64,000 nt of DNA, taken from NCBI GenBank assembly GCA_963666115.2, contig CAXXET010000004.1, forward strand, positions 448,001-512,000. Reading direction: 5' to 3'. This document shows positions 1 to 10,935 of this stretch, in pieces. The translations under genes were made by a program, and so were the position numbers. The notes under the pieces were generated by a model. It was not told the DNA's origin and searched no databases. It saw nothing but the letters and a program-made list of their open reading frames with translations. The stretch is from Dehalococcoidia bacterium (GTDB lineage: Bacteria > Chloroflexota > Dehalococcoidia > UBA6926). Positions within the stretch are counted from its first letter, which is position 1; every line of letters begins with the position of its first letter.

Positions 1-671
1 ATCTGCTGGAGGACCTGCAGATTCGCGATTACATCATCGATAAGCACCGCGACGCCGCGGTTGCGAAAGTGGAACTTGAGCGGAAGGCGAGCGAGGTGCG
101 GGCGCTAATTCATACGGCGCGTCCGGGCGTGGTCATTGGGCGCGGCGGGCAGCGCGTCGAGGAGCTGCGGCAGGAGCTTGAGGCACTGACGGGCAAGCGC
201 GTGCGCGTGGACATCAACGAGATTCGTCAGCCGGAGCTCGAGGCGACGCTGGTCGCGCAGAGCATCGCGGACCAGATACAGCGGCAGGTCTCTTTCCGGC
301 GCGCCACACGGCAGGCCGTCCAGCGATCCATGCAGGCCGGGGCGCAGGGAATCCGCGTCGCGGTATCGGGGCGGCTTGGGGGCGCGGAAATCGCGCGGAC
401 GGAGAAGGCGATGGACGGGCGGGTTCCGCTCCACACGCTGCGCGCCGATATCGACTTCGGCACCGCGGAGGCGCGAACGCAGATGGGGCAGATCGGCGTG
501 AAGGTCTGGGTCTATCGCGGCGATATTGTGACAGAGGCGACGCCGGAGGAGCTGGCGCGGCGCAGCGCCCTGATGTCCACGCCGGTGGCGTCCTCAGAGA
601 GCGAAGCTCCGGCCCAAACGGACGCGCCGGCGGCTGCCGACGAATCAAACACTGACGGGAACAACGAGTAG
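1..671 (+). CDS. rpsC: 30S ribosomal protein S3 (5'-truncated by window edge), acidic C-terminal tail
   Basis: HTARPGVVIGRGG, GRLGGAEIAR, VPLHTLRADID motifs; frame open from position 3. Confidence 0.97.
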   Translation, partial: LLEDLQIRDYIIDKHRDAAVAKVELERKASEVRALIHTARPGVVIGRGGQRVEELRQELEALTGKRVRVDINEIRQPELEATLVAQSIADQIQRQVSFRRATRQAVQRSMQAGAQGIRVAVSGRLGGAEIARTEKAMDGRVPLHTLRADIDFGTAEARTQMGQIGVKVWVYRGDIVTEATPEELARRSALMSTPVASSESEAPAQTDAPAAADESNTDGNNE

Positions 672-686
672 TCCGGGCTATCCGAC

Positions 687-1100
687 ATGCTGCAACCACG
701 ACGAGTCAAATACCGCAAGCAACACCGGGGCCGGATGCGCGGGATGGCGCAGAAGGGCAACACGGTGGCTTTTGGCGAGTTCGGCATCCAGTCGATGGAG
801 CCAGTCTGGCTGACGGGCCGCCAGATCGAGGCGGCACGGCGGGCGATGACGCGCCACGTCCGGCGCGGCGGGCAGATATGGATTCGCGTGTTCCCGCATA
901 AGTCGATCACGAAGAAGCCGCTGGAGACGCGGATGGGTTCCGGCAAGGGCAACGTGGACGGCTGGGTGGCCGTGGTGCGCCCCGGCAAGATACTCTTCGA
1001 GATTGCGGGGGTTCCCGAAGAGGCAGCACGGCGGGCGATGCGCCTTGCGCAGGACAAGCTGCCCATCCGCACGCAGATCGTCACCCGTGACATGGAGTAG
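687..1100 (+). CDS. rplP: 50S ribosomal protein L16
   Basis: [22 protein letters not shown]; gene order. Confidence 0.98.
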   Translation: MLQPRRVKYRKQHRGRMRGMAQKGNTVAFGEFGIQSMEPVWLTGRQIEAARRAMTRHVRRGGQIWIRVFPHKSITKKPLETRMGSGKGNVDGWVAVVRPGKILFEIAGVPEEAARRAMRLAQDKLPIRTQIVTRDME

Positions 1101-1106
1101 CGCAGG

Positions 1107-1322
1107 ATGGACATGGACGAGATACGAGCGCTGAATGACGACCAGCTCCAGGAGGAGCTGGAGAATGCGCATCGGGAGTTGTTCAACCTGCGCTTTCGCG
1201 CGGTCACGCGGCAGTTGGCCAACACGAGCGAGGTTGGCAAGGCGCGCAAGACCGTCGCCCGTATGAAGACAGTTATTCGTGAGCGGCAGTTGACGTCCTT
1301 CGCGGTAGAGGAGACAGCGTAA
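1107..1322 (+). CDS. rpmC: 50S ribosomal protein L29
   Basis: ELFNLRFRAVTRQLAN..ARMKTVIRE; gene order. Confidence 0.96.
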   Translation: MDMDEIRALNDDQLQEELENAHRELFNLRFRAVTRQLANTSEVGKARKTVARMKTVIRERQLTSFAVEETA

Positions 1323-1607
1323 ATGCCCGGTCAGAAGACACGCGTGGGCCGCGTGGTGAGCACGAAGATGGAGAAGACGGTCGTGGTGACCGTTGAGCGG
1401 CAGCGCACGCACCGCTTGTACAAGAAGGCGGTGCGCCGCCAGACACGGTTCAAGGCGCACGATGAGAACGGGGTGTGCGCCGAGGGCGACCTGGTGCGAA
1501 TCCAGGAGACGCGGCCGTTGTCCAGGGATAAGCGGTGGCGCGTGACAGACGTGCTGGAGCGGGGCGTCGTTGCGGCGCTGCCGGATGAGGCGAGGGCAGG
1601 TTCGTAA
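1323..1607 (+). CDS. rpsQ: 30S ribosomal protein S17
   Basis: [29 protein letters not shown]. Confidence 0.97.
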   Translation: MPGQKTRVGRVVSTKMEKTVVVTVERQRTHRLYKKAVRRQTRFKAHDENGVCAEGDLVRIQETRPLSRDKRWRVTDVLERGVVAALPDEARAGS

Positions 1608-1975
1608 TGATCCAGGTGCAGACACGCCTTCGCGTCGCGGACAATTCCGGCGCCCGCGAGATCCAGTGCATCAACGTGCCGGGCGGCACGCGGCGGCACT
1701 ATGCGTCCGTGGGGGACATCATCGTGGCGTCCGTCAAGGAGGCGCAGCCGAACGCGGGCGTGCGCAAGGGCGACGTGGTGAGAGCGGTGGTCGTGCGCGT
1801 GGTCAAGCCGTATCGGCGGCCCGACGGATCGTATATCCGGTTCGATGAGAACGCGGCGGTTATCCTGACCGAGCGCGATCTGCCGCGCGGCACCCGCATC
1901 TTCGGACCCGTCGCGCGAGAACTGCGAGACAAGAATTTCATGCGGATCATATCCCTCGCCCCGGAGGTCTTGTAG
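1607..1975 (+). CDS. rplN: 50S ribosomal protein L14
   Basis: [25 protein letters not shown]. Confidence 0.98.
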   Translation: MIQVQTRLRVADNSGAREIQCINVPGGTRRHYASVGDIIVASVKEAQPNAGVRKGDVVRAVVVRVVKPYRRPDGSYIRFDENAAVILTERDLPRGTRIFGPVARELRDKNFMRIISLAPEVL

Positions 1976-1977
1976 CG

Positions 1978-2295
1978 ATGGCGGCAAAGATCAAGCGAAA
2001 CGACATGGTGTACGTGGCCGCGGGCAAGGACCGGGGCAAGCGCGGCACGGTCGAGCGCGTGATTCCGTCCAGGAACCGCGTGGTCGTGCAGGGCGTGAAT
2101 ATCGTCAAGAAGCATCAACGCCCACAGCCGGGCGTGCGGCAGGGCGGCATCATCGAGATGCCCAACCCACTGCATATATCGAACGTGCTGCTGATATGCC
2201 CCCACTGCGACAAGGCTGTGCGGGTGAGTTTTGGCACACTTGAAGACGGACGCAAGGTTCGACGGTGCAAGGCATGCGACGAGACAATCGACTAG
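1978..2295 (+). CDS. rplX: 50S ribosomal protein L24 (with CxxC..CxxC)
   Basis: [12 protein letters not shown] motif, VKKHQRP, PLHISNV. Confidence 0.97.
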   Translation: MAAKIKRNDMVYVAAGKDRGKRGTVERVIPSRNRVVVQGVNIVKKHQRPQPGVRQGGIIEMPNPLHISNVLLICPHCDKAVRVSFGTLEDGRKVRRCKACDETID

Positions 2296-2306
2296 ACAAC
2301 GACGAC

Positions 2307-2927
2307 ATGGAGCGCGGCGTTCCGTTCCCCGTTCCGGCGGGGGCGTCGACGGACGACGCGCAGCCTGCGGAGCTTCCGCGCCTGCGGCAGATGTATATCG
2401 ACGAGGTGGCCCCTGCCCTGATGCAGGAGTTCAACATCACGAACACGATGCGCGTGCCGAAGATCACCAAGATCGTTCTGAATATCGGCGCGGGAGACGC
2501 GCGCGATGAGGCGCGGGCGCTGGAGGGCATCCAACGCGACCTGACGACGATTTCCGGCCAGAAGCCGGTGGTCACGCGGGCCCGGAACTCCATCGCGGGA
2601 TTCCACATCCGCGAGGGGAACACCATCGGCGCGTCCGTGACGCTGCGCGGCGCGCGCATGTGGAACTTTTTGGACAGGCTGATGAACGTTGCGCTGCCGC
2701 GCACGAGAGACTTCCGGGGCGTTTCAACAAAGGCGTTTGACAGGCGCGGCAACTACAGTGTCGGGCTGCGGGAGCAGATCATCTTTCCGGAGATCGATTA
2801 CAACCGCGTTGACAGGATTCGCGGCTTGCAAGTGAACATCGTGACGACGGCGCAGACGGACGACGAGGGGCGGAGGCTGCTGGCCCTGCTGGGGATGCCG
2901 TTCGCGCGTGAGGAGATCACCAACTAA
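2307..2927 (+). CDS. rplE: 50S ribosomal protein L5
   Basis: [40 protein letters not shown]; ATG 2307 chosen to avoid overlap with rplX. Confidence 0.96.
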   Translation: MERGVPFPVPAGASTDDAQPAELPRLRQMYIDEVAPALMQEFNITNTMRVPKITKIVLNIGAGDARDEARALEGIQRDLTTISGQKPVVTRARNSIAGFHIREGNTIGASVTLRGARMWNFLDRLMNVALPRTRDFRGVSTKAFDRRGNYSVGLREQIIFPEIDYNRVDRIRGLQVNIVTTAQTDDEGRRLLALLGMPFAREEITN

Positions 2928-3112
2928 TGGCGAAGAAGTCAAAGATTGCCAGTTGGAAGCGAGAGCCCAAGTACAAGGTGCGGGCGTACAACCGCTGCTA
3001 CGTGTGCGGCAGGCCGCGCGCGTATTACCGCATGTTCGGCCTGTGCCGCATTTGCCTGCGGGAACGGGCGCTCACGGGGCAGCTTCCGGGCGTGCGCAAG
3101 GCGAGTTGGTAG
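2927..3112 (+). CDS. rpsN: 30S ribosomal protein S14, zinc-binding type Z
   Basis: 61 aa, [21 protein letters not shown]. Confidence 0.97.
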   Translation: MAKKSKIASWKREPKYKVRAYNRCYVCGRPRAYYRMFGLCRICLRERALTGQLPGVRKASW

Positions 3113-3130
3113 AGGGGAGAGCGTAAGCAG

Positions 3131-3532
3131 ATGACCGTTAGCGATCCCATTGGCGATATGCTCACCCGCATCCGCAACGGGTTGATGGCGCGGCACGAAA
3201 CCATCACGGTGCCGGCGTCCAAGACCAAGGTCGCCATTGCAGAGATTCTCAAACAGGAGGGGTTCATCCGCGACTTTTCGATCCTGAAGGGGTCAACGCC
3301 CCAGCAGATCGTGCGGATGCAGATGGCGTACCGCGAGGGCAACAGCCCCGTGATCAACGGGCTGCGGCGCGTGAGCAAGCCGGGACTGCGCGTGTACGTG
3401 CAGCGCGGCGAGATTCCGCGCATCTTCGGCGGTCTCGGCATCGCGGTTGTTTCAACGTCGAGCGGCGTGATGACGGGCCGGGAGGCGTGGCGGAAGGGTA
3501 TTGGAGGGGAGCTTTTGGCGTATGTGTGGTGA
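3131..3532 (+). CDS. rpsH: 30S ribosomal protein S8
   Basis: [29 protein letters not shown]. Confidence 0.98.
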   Translation: MTVSDPIGDMLTRIRNGLMARHETITVPASKTKVAIAEILKQEGFIRDFSILKGSTPQQIVRMQMAYREGNSPVINGLRRVSKPGLRVYVQRGEIPRIFGGLGIAVVSTSSGVMTGREAWRKGIGGELLAYVW

Positions 3533-3538
3533 GGGGAA

Positions 3539-3564
3539 GATTCTTCGCTGCGCTCAGAATGACA
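3539..3564. repeat. REP-like palindrome type B (GATTCTTCGCTGCGCTCAGAATGACA) followed by degenerate AATGA-containing tandem units
   Basis: Identical copy at 14582-14607; intergenic. Confidence 0.75.
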
Positions 3565-3630
3565 GATTTGGTCGAAATGACAGGTTTGGTCAGAATGAGA
3601 TGGGAATGAGAGGGAGTTAGGTTTTAGGAG

Positions 3631-4188
3631 ATGTCACGGGTAGGACGGATGCCGATACCGGTGCCGGGGGGCGTGCAGGTCACGATGACCGAGGGCGCGC
3701 AGGGCACAACTATTGCCGTCACGGGGCCGCGCGGCGAGCTGACGCGCCGGTTCCACCCCACGGTGCGATTCGAGCAGGAGGACGGCGTGATCACCGTCCA
3801 CCGCAAGAACGAGAATGACCGCGCATCCGGAGCGTTCCACGGCCTTTCGCGCGCGCTGCTGGCCAACATGGTCATCGGCGTATCCGAGGGATACCGGCGG
3901 ACGCTGGAAATCCAGGGGGCGGGCTACCGCGCGCAGCAGACGGGCAAGGGCATCACGCTGAGCGTCGGATACTCGCACACGGTGGAGGTTCAGCCGCCGG
4001 AGGGGGTCACGCTGGAGGCGGAGAGCAATACGCGCCTGCACGTGGACGGCATCGACAAGGAGCTTGTCGGGCAGGTCGCGGCCAATATCCGCAAGGTGCG
4101 CAAGCCGGGCGTCTATACCGGCAAGGGCATTCGCTACCAGGGCGAGCAGGTGAGGCGCAAGGCGGGCAAGGGCGCCGGACGCAGATAG
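3631..4188 (+). CDS. rplF: 50S ribosomal protein L6
   Basis: MSRVGRMPI, GYSH, YTGKGIRY. Confidence 0.98.
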   Translation: MSRVGRMPIPVPGGVQVTMTEGAQGTTIAVTGPRGELTRRFHPTVRFEQEDGVITVHRKNENDRASGAFHGLSRALLANMVIGVSEGYRRTLEIQGAGYRAQQTGKGITLSVGYSHTVEVQPPEGVTLEAESNTRLHVDGIDKELVGQVAANIRKVRKPGVYTGKGIRYQGEQVRRKAGKGAGRR

Positions 4189-4205
4189 GCGGAGTTTAAC
4201 CAGAC

Positions 4206-4574
4206 ATGCCACGGATCAAGACAGCGAGAGAGGGACGCAGCCGACGCCACCTACGGCTGCGCCAACGAGTTTCCGGCACGGAACAGCGGCCCCGGCTGTG
4301 CGTGTTCCGCAGCCTGAACCATATCTACGCGCAGGTGGTCGACGATTCGCGGGGCGTGACTCTCGCCGCCGCCTCGACGCGCGACAAGGACATTCGAGAC
4401 GAGGCGGACGGGCGCAACAAATCGGACCGATCCAAGATGGTGGGGGCGGCAGTGGCTCAGCGGGCGATTGCAGGCGGCATCACAACCGTGGTTTTCGACC
4501 GGGGCGGGTACCACTATCATGGGCGTATCAAGGCGGTTGCGGACGCGGCGCGCGAGAACGGGCTTGTTTTCTAG
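4206..4574 (+). CDS. rplR: 50S ribosomal protein L18
   Basis: [23 protein letters not shown]. Confidence 0.98.
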   Translation: MPRIKTAREGRSRRHLRLRQRVSGTEQRPRLCVFRSLNHIYAQVVDDSRGVTLAAASTRDKDIRDEADGRNKSDRSKMVGAAVAQRAIAGGITTVVFDRGGYHYHGRIKAVADAARENGLVF

Positions 4575-4598
4575 GGACGAGGAGCGGACGGAGAAACG

Positions 4599-5441
4599 AT
4601 GACACTAGGACGCACACGCGGGGCGCGGGGACGCACACGGGAACGACAGCGCGACGCCGACCGGGAATCGGACGGCCTGACCGAGAGCGTGGTGTCGATC
4701 CGGCGCGTGGCGAAGACCGTCGCGGGCGGGCGCCGTTTCACGTTCAACGCGCTCGTCGTCGTTGGCGACGGCAAGGGCAAGATCGGCTACGGGCTCGGCA
4801 AGGCGGCGGAGGTGCCGCTCGCGGTGCAGAAGGGCGGCGCGATCGCCCGCCGTTCGCTGATCGAGGTCGCGACGCTGGAGAGCAGCGTTCCGCAGCAGGT
4901 GGTCAGCCGATTCGGAGGCGCGCAGGTGCTTCTGCGTCCCGCCGCGCCGGGCACGGGCGTCCGCGCCAGCGCCGCCGTGCGCGCGGTGGTGCAGGCCGCC
5001 GGCGTCCGCGATATTTTGACGAAGTCGCAGGGCAGCAACAACCCCATTAACGTTGTCCAGGCCACCATCAAGGGCTTGCAGATGATGCGCGACCCGCGCC
5101 AGGCAATTTCACTGCGCCGCCTGGTGCGTGGCGAGGAGCCTCTCCCCGAGAAGGAGGCCGAGGCGACCAGCGACTATGCCGGGCCGACGCCCGTCGATCC
5201 GCAGCCGGTGAGCAGCGACCAGATCCTCGCGGAGAACGCAGAGGAGGAGCAGGCCACGGCTACGGAATCGGAGGCAATAGAGGTTGAGGCAGAAGCCGAC
5301 GCCGAGACGGAGACCGCGGACGCTGAGACGGATTCTGCCGAGGAGACGGACGCGCCCGCCGCCGACACTGAGGAGTCTGCGACGGGAGAGGCGGAAACCT
5401 CTGACGACAGTGAGGACGAGAACGAGGGCGCAGGGTCATGA
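4599..5441 (+). CDS. rpsE: 30S ribosomal protein S5 with long acidic C-terminal extension
   Basis: RVAKTVAGGRRFTFNALVVVGDG, PAAPGTG, GSNNPINV. Confidence 0.97.
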   Translation: MTLGRTRGARGRTRERQRDADRESDGLTESVVSIRRVAKTVAGGRRFTFNALVVVGDGKGKIGYGLGKAAEVPLAVQKGGAIARRSLIEVATLESSVPQQVVSRFGGAQVLLRPAAPGTGVRASAAVRAVVQAAGVRDILTKSQGSNNPINVVQATIKGLQMMRDPRQAISLRRLVRGEEPLPEKEAEATSDYAGPTPVDPQPVSSDQILAENAEEEQATATESEAIEVEAEADAETETADAETDSAEETDAPAADTEESATGEAETSDDSEDENEGAGS

Positions 5442-5629
5442 CAAAGGTGCGTGTGACGCTCACCAAGAGCCCGATCAACCAGAAGTCGGACCAGGTCAAG
5501 ACGCTGCGCGCGCTTGGCCTGCGGCGGATTGGCGATGAGCGGGAGCACGACTACTCGCGCTCGATTCGCGGGATGTTGATCAAGGTGCGCCACCTGGTGA
5601 CGACGGAAATCAGGGACGAGGGGGCGTGA
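5438..5629 (+). CDS. rpmD: 50S ribosomal protein L30
   Basis: TLRALGLRRIG, IRGMLIKVRHLV. Confidence 0.96.
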   Translation: MTKVRVTLTKSPINQKSDQVKTLRALGLRRIGDEREHDYSRSIRGMLIKVRHLVTTEIRDEGA

Positions 5630-5635
5630 GCGCCA

Positions 5636-6106
5636 ATGCGTGAGAATGAACTGCGAGCGCCTGCGGGGTCCCGCAAGCGCAGGCGGCGGGTGGGACGCGG
5701 AAACTCTTCAGGCCGCGGCACCTATGCCGGCAAGGGTATGAAGGGGCAGAAATCCCGTTCAGGCGGCGGGGTGCGCGCGAGTTTCGAGGGCGGGCAGCTA
5801 TCACTGGTCAAGAGGCTCCCGCACAAGCGGGGATTCAAGAACCTGTTCCGCGTGGAGTATGAGCCGGTGAATCTTTCAAGCCTGATGGATCTGCCCGCCG
5901 GTTCGGAGGTCAGCCCGGAATCGCTGCGCGAGCAGGGAATCATCAGGTCGGTCAGGAAGCCCATCGTCATCCTGGCGGACGGGGAAATCGAGCAGCCGCT
6001 GACCGTTCGCGCGCACCGCGTGTCGCGCACGGCGCGTGAGAAGATCGAGGCGGCGGGCGGCAGTATTGATACCCTGCCCAAGCCCGTCATTCACCGGCCC
6101 CGCTAG
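5636..6106 (+). CDS. rplO: 50S ribosomal protein L15
   Basis: RVGRG, KGQKSRSG, FEGGQ, KIEAAGG. Confidence 0.98.
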   Translation: MRENELRAPAGSRKRRRRVGRGNSSGRGTYAGKGMKGQKSRSGGGVRASFEGGQLSLVKRLPHKRGFKNLFRVEYEPVNLSSLMDLPAGSEVSPESLREQGIIRSVRKPIVILADGEIEQPLTVRAHRVSRTAREKIEAAGGSIDTLPKPVIHRPR

Positions 6107-6124
6107 CAGGGAGCGAATCGCGTC

Positions 6125-7462
6125 GTGAGCTACTCATCGACGACAGAACGGCGTCAGCCGCGTCCGGCGCTGATCCAGGCGATGATCGATGCCTGGTACC
6201 AGCCGGATCTGCGCCGCCGCATTCTCTTCACGTTCGCAATCCTCGTGATCTTCCGGTTCATCGCGCACGTTCCGGTGCCGGGGGCGGACATTGTCGCATT
6301 GCGGCAGCTTTTCCAGAGCAACCAGCTCCTGGGGTTCCTGGATATTTTCAGCGGCGGCGCGATGCGGAACTTGTCCGTGGCCGCGATGGGCGTGTACCCG
6401 TACATCACGGCGAGCATTATCTTGCAGATCATGGTTCCGGTGATTCCGCGCCTGTCCGCGCTGGCGCGGGAGGGGGAGGCCGGACGGCAGAAGATCAACC
6501 AGTACACGCACTGGATGACGGTGCCCATCGCCGCAGCGTCCGCGTACGGGCAGCTTGTGCTGCTGAACAGGCTTGGCGTCCTAGGGGCGCTGTGGCCGTA
6601 CCCGGGCGGCGAGTTCCTGCCGACGCTGGCGATGATCGTGAGCATGACAGGCGGGACGATGCTGCTGGTGTGGCTGGGCGAGTTGATCACGGAGAGCGGC
6701 ATCGGCAACGGCATCTCCGTCATCATCTTCGGGGGCATCGTAGCCGGACTGCCGACACTGTTTGGGCAGGGCGTGTTCGCGAACGATCCAATCGCACTGG
6801 CGCTCGTGGGCTTTGCCGGACTGGCGACCATCTATTTCATCGTGGTCTTCACGGAGGCGCAGCGGCGTATTCCGGTTCAATATGGGCGAAGCGTGACGCG
6901 GCAAGGACGGGTGTACCGGCAGAGCGGCTCGACGTTCATCCCACTGCGCGTTAACTCCGCGGGCATGATCCCGCTCATCTTCGCGTTCTCCATCCTGATC
7001 TTCCCGCCGACGGTGGCGAGCTATTTCCAGGAGGCGGACAACAACGTTGTGGCGGGGGTCGGCGACTTCTTCGCGCGGAACCTGGGGCCCGAAGGGTTCA
7101 TGTACTGGCTGCTGCTCTTCTGGCTTGTCGTCGCGTTCACGTTCTTCTACACGATGGTCACGTTCCAGCAGCAGAATCTCGCGGAGTCCTTACAACGCAA
7201 CGGGGGGTTCATCCCGGGCATCAGACCGGGGCAGCCGACGCACAACTATCTCATCCGGGTGTTGACGCGCATCACGTGGGGCGGCGCGATATTTTTGGGG
7301 ATCGTCTCGATCGTGCCGTTCTTCCTGCTGTTGGCGACGGGTGTGAGCACGCTGTCGATTTCCAGCACTGCCCTGCTCATCGTCGTTGCAGTTGTGCTGG
7401 ACACGATGCGCCAGCTGCAATCGCAGCTCCTGATGCGGCAATACGAGGGATTCTTGCGGTAG
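6125..7462 (+). CDS. secY: Preprotein translocase subunit SecY
   Basis: [36 protein letters not shown]; about 10 TM segments. Confidence 0.98.
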   Translation: MSYSSTTERRQPRPALIQAMIDAWYQPDLRRRILFTFAILVIFRFIAHVPVPGADIVALRQLFQSNQLLGFLDIFSGGAMRNLSVAAMGVYPYITASIILQIMVPVIPRLSALAREGEAGRQKINQYTHWMTVPIAAASAYGQLVLLNRLGVLGALWPYPGGEFLPTLAMIVSMTGGTMLLVWLGELITESGIGNGISVIIFGGIVAGLPTLFGQGVFANDPIALALVGFAGLATIYFIVVFTEAQRRIPVQYGRSVTRQGRVYRQSGSTFIPLRVNSAGMIPLIFAFSILIFPPTVASYFQEADNNVVAGVGDFFARNLGPEGFMYWLLLFWLVVAFTFFYTMVTFQQQNLAESLQRNGGFIPGIRPGQPTHNYLIRVLTRITWGGAIFLGIVSIVPFFLLLATGVSTLSISSTALLIVVAVVLDTMRQLQSQLLMRQYEGFLR

Positions 7463-7475
7463 GGAGGCTTCACTA

Positions 7476-8126
7476 ATGCGAATCATTCTTCTTGGAGCGC
7501 CGGGCGCGGGCAAGGGCACGCAAGCGGCGACGCTCCATGAGCAACTGGACGCGCCGCACATCGCGACGGGCGACCTGTTCCGCGCCGCGCTCTCTGAGGG
7601 CACGCCGCTTGGGCTGGAGGCCAAGTCGTATATGGACCGCGGCGAGCTGGTGCCGGACGACGTGACGGTTCGGATGCTGCTGGAGCGCATTTCAGAGCCG
7701 GACGCGGCGGACGGGTACATCCTGGACGGGTTCCCGCGCAGCCTGGCGCAGGCGGAGGCGTTGGACGAGGCGCTCACGAGCCGCCATGAGAACATTGACA
7801 AAGTTCTATTGGTCGACGTGTCTGAGGATGAGCTGGTTCGCCGCCTGAGCGGGCGTCTGATCTGCCGCGGATGCCCAACGCCCTACCACGTCATCAACAA
7901 GCCGCCAAAGACGGAGGGCATGTGCGACACGTGCGACGGGGACGAGGGCAAACTCTACCAGAGGGACGACGACAAGCCCGAGACGGTGCGGAATCGGCTG
8001 GGCGTATACCGGGATCAGACCGCGCCGCTGATTGACTACTATACGGCCCAAGAGATTTTGACGAGCATCAACGGCGAGCAGGATATCGAGGGCGTGCGGG
8101 CGGACCTGCTCGCAGCGCTGGAATAG
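7476..8126 (+). CDS. adk: Adenylate kinase (Zn-lid type)
   Basis: GAPGAGKGTQA, LDGFPR, CxxC..CxxC lid. Confidence 0.98.
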   Translation: MRIILLGAPGAGKGTQAATLHEQLDAPHIATGDLFRAALSEGTPLGLEAKSYMDRGELVPDDVTVRMLLERISEPDAADGYILDGFPRSLAQAEALDEALTSRHENIDKVLLVDVSEDELVRRLSGRLICRGCPTPYHVINKPPKTEGMCDTCDGDEGKLYQRDDDKPETVRNRLGVYRDQTAPLIDYYTAQEILTSINGEQDIEGVRADLLAALE

Positions 8127-8147
8127 GCCTCGCCTCCCGGCATCGCA

Positions 8148-8957
8148 ATGGTATTCGGCGGCGGCCAGCAATCTCCAACGGTAAAGTCTGCGCGTGAGAT
8201 CGATCTCATGCGCAAGGCCGGGCACATCGTCGCCGACGTCCTGAACATTGTGCGCGACGCGGCCAAGCCCGGCATGACGACGGCGCAGTTGGACGAGATC
8301 GCGGGGCGGGAGATACGCGGGCGGAACGGCGTGCCGTCGTTTCTCGGCTACCAGGGCTTTCCGGCTCACATCTGCACGTCTTTCAACGAGGAGGTCGTTC
8401 ACGGCATTCCCGGTCCGCGCACGATCAAGGACGGGGACATCCTGTCCGTCGACTGCGGGGCAATTTACGACGGGTATCACGGCGATTCCGCGATTACGTT
8501 CGCGGTGGGCGACATTCCCGACGAGACCAAGAAACTGATCGAGGACACGCGCCAGTCATTAATCGCGTGCATCAACGCGGCCCGGCCGGGAAACGGGCTG
8601 CTTGACCTGACGAAGGCGATTCGGGACTACGCGGAGCCACGGGGCTACGGCATCGTTCGCGGGTACGGCGGGCACGGGATCGGCACGGAGATGCACGAGA
8701 GTCCCTGGATTCCCAACAACGTGGCCGATTTCGACAGCACGGGCCGCCGGGGACTGCGGCGCTTCCGGCTGCGCCCCGGGTCGACGGTGGCGCTGGAGCC
8801 GATGCTGACGCTGGGGGGCGGCTGGGAGACGGTCGTGGAGGAAGACGATTGGACGGTCTCGACGGCGGACGGGAGCCTGTCCGCCCACTGGGAGCACACG
8901 ATCGTCGTGACGGAGGACGGCCCGGAGGTTCTGACCAGCCGAACGGGGCAGCCGTGA
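8148..8957 (+). CDS. map: Methionine aminopeptidase type I
   Basis: VVHGIP, GHGIGTEMHE, EPM, SAHWEHTI. Confidence 0.97.
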   Translation: MVFGGGQQSPTVKSAREIDLMRKAGHIVADVLNIVRDAAKPGMTTAQLDEIAGREIRGRNGVPSFLGYQGFPAHICTSFNEEVVHGIPGPRTIKDGDILSVDCGAIYDGYHGDSAITFAVGDIPDETKKLIEDTRQSLIACINAARPGNGLLDLTKAIRDYAEPRGYGIVRGYGGHGIGTEMHESPWIPNNVADFDSTGRRGLRRFRLRPGSTVALEPMLTLGGGWETVVEEDDWTVSTADGSLSAHWEHTIVVTEDGPEVLTSRTGQP

Positions 8958-9022
8958 CGTAGCATTTTGTATTCGGGCTATGGCATACTGTTAGTTCGTG
9001 CGGCGCATCTGATGGGCGAGGT

Positions 9023-9250
9023 ATGACTCAAAAGAACAAGAAGGAAACAATCGAGGTTGAGGGCACCGTGCGGGAAGCTCTCCCGAACGGCATGTTCCGC
9101 GTGGACTTGCCGAATGAGCATTCCGTGCTGGCGCATGCCTCCGGAAAGATCAGGCTTAACTTCATTCGCATCCTGCCCGGGGACCGCGTTTTGGTTGAGC
9201 TTTCGCCGTATGACCTGAAGCGGGGACGGGTGACGTACCGGTTCCGCTAG
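9023..9250 (+). CDS. infA: Translation initiation factor IF-1
   Basis: [24 protein letters not shown]. Confidence 0.98.
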   Translation: MTQKNKKETIEVEGTVREALPNGMFRVDLPNEHSVLAHASGKIRLNFIRILPGDRVLVELSPYDLKRGRVTYRFR

Positions 9251-9298
9251 ATTTCACAGACGACGGGATGAACGAGCAGGGAAAAGGGACAGCGCGAC

Positions 9299-9412
9299 AT
9301 GAAGGTATCAGCGTCCGTCAAGGTGCGGTGCAACAAGTGCCGCATCGTTCGGCGCAAGCGCCGCCTGTTCGTGATCTGCGTGAATCCGAAGTGTAAGCAG
9401 CGACAGGGCTGA
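9299..9412 (+). CDS. rpmJ: 50S ribosomal protein L36 (not in ORF track)
   Basis: Manual translation [37 protein letters not shown], between infA and rpsM. Confidence 0.96.
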   Translation: MKVSASVKVRCNKCRIVRRKRRLFVICVNPKCKQRQG

Positions 9413-9434
9413 ACGGGGAGCACGGGACGGACTG

Positions 9435-9818
9435 ATGGTACGAATAGCCGGGGCGGATATTCCTGACAACAAGAAGGTTGCCTATTCACTTCGTTACATC
9501 TACGGCGTCGGTCCGCGTCGAGCGAGTGAAATCCTCGATCGGTCCGGGGTCGATCCCGACCGCCGAGTACACGACCTGACCGAGCAGGATATGGCGTTGC
9601 TGCGCGAGGCCATCGAGCGGGGCGGGTATCCGATCGAGGGCGATCTGCGTCGTGAGATCGCCATGAACATCCGCAGGCTCATCGAGATTGGCAGCTACCG
9701 CGGCGTCAGGCATCGAATGGGGCTGCCTGTGCGCGGCCAGCGGACGCGCACCAACGCGCGCATTCGCAAGGGGCCCAAGCGCACAGTGGCCGGCAAGCGC
9801 CGGGCTGCCCGCAAGTAA
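9435..9818 (+). CDS. rpsM: 30S ribosomal protein S13
   Basis: [24 protein letters not shown]. Confidence 0.98.
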   Translation: MVRIAGADIPDNKKVAYSLRYIYGVGPRRASEILDRSGVDPDRRVHDLTEQDMALLREAIERGGYPIEGDLRREIAMNIRRLIEIGSYRGVRHRMGLPVRGQRTRTNARIRKGPKRTVAGKRRAARK

Positions 9819-9849
9819 GAATCGGCCCATCAAGGAGCAATAAGAGCAT

Positions 9850-10242
9850 ATGGCGAGACGAGGACGCCAGCGCGTGCGCCGCAGGGAGCGCAAGTCCGTG
9901 CCCTATGGGCGCGCGTACATCTACGCCACGTTCAACAACACGGTTGTCACGCTGACCGACCCTGTTGGGAACGTGATTGCGTCCGGCAGCGGCGGCGCGG
10001 TTGGATTCCGCGGTTCTCGCAAGGGGACGGCGTTTGCGGCGCAGCGGGCCGCTGAAGAGACCGCGCGGCGCGGCATGGAGCACGGGCTGCAACACGTGGA
10101 AGTGCGCGTGAAAGGCCCGGGCAGCGGCCGCGAGGCGGCGATCCGCTCCCTGCAGGCCACCGGCCTCGTCGTCACCGCCATCAGGGATACCACGCCGATA
10201 CCGCACAACGGCTGCCGACCGCGAAAGCGCCGCCGCGTTTAG
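9850..10242 (+). CDS. rpsK: 30S ribosomal protein S11
   Basis: [22 protein letters not shown]. Confidence 0.98.
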   Translation: MARRGRQRVRRRERKSVPYGRAYIYATFNNTVVTLTDPVGNVIASGSGGAVGFRGSRKGTAFAAQRAAEETARRGMEHGLQHVEVRVKGPGSGREAAIRSLQATGLVVTAIRDTTPIPHNGCRPRKRRRV

Positions 10243-10287
10243 TTGTCAGAAGCGGCCATGCGGGCAACCAGGAGGAGCACGTAAGGG

Positions 10288-10923
10288 ATGGCTCGATATA
10301 CGGGGCCGGTCTGCCGGCTGTGCCGGCGACAGGGAATCAAGCTCTTTCTCAAGGGAGAGCGGTGCTATACGCCGAAATGCGCCATCGAACGGCGGCGCAG
10401 CGCACCCGGCGAATCGACGACGAGCAACCGTCGACGGCGGCGGCTCTCGGAGTGGGGCATCCACCTGAGGGAGAAGCAGAAGGCGCGGCACATCTACGGC
10501 GTGCTGGAACGCCAATTCCGCAGGCATTATGCAGTCGCGGCCCGGCAGCGGGGGGCGACGGGCGAGAACCTGCTCAAGATACTGGAGACGCGGCTGGACA
10601 ACGTGGTTTATCGACTCGGATGGGCCAACTCGCGCAAGGAGGCGCGTCAGATGGTGTCGCACGGCCACCTGGCAGTGAACGGCCGCCGGGCGCGCACGCC
10701 GTCCATCAGCATCAAGGAAGGGGCAGAGATTACGTGGGTGCCCAGCTCCACCAGCACGACGCAATATGAGATCGTTCAGTACCAGGCACAGCGGCGGCAG
10801 GCGCCGGAATGGCTGCAAATGGACGCGCGCAACATGGTCGGGCGGATGCTGCGGCAGCCTGAGCGGTCCGATATGGACATCCGCATCGACGACCGCCTGA
10901 TCGTTGAGTTCTATTCGCGGTAG
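10288..10923 (+). CDS. rpsD: 30S ribosomal protein S4
   Basis: MARYTGPVCRLCRR, LREKQK, LETRLDNVVYR, IVEFYSR. Confidence 0.98.
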   Translation: MARYTGPVCRLCRRQGIKLFLKGERCYTPKCAIERRRSAPGESTTSNRRRRRLSEWGIHLREKQKARHIYGVLERQFRRHYAVAARQRGATGENLLKILETRLDNVVYRLGWANSRKEARQMVSHGHLAVNGRRARTPSISIKEGAEITWVPSSTSTTQYEIVQYQAQRRQAPEWLQMDARNMVGRMLRQPERSDMDIRIDDRLIVEFYSR

Positions 10924-10935
10924 GGAGGCCAATTC

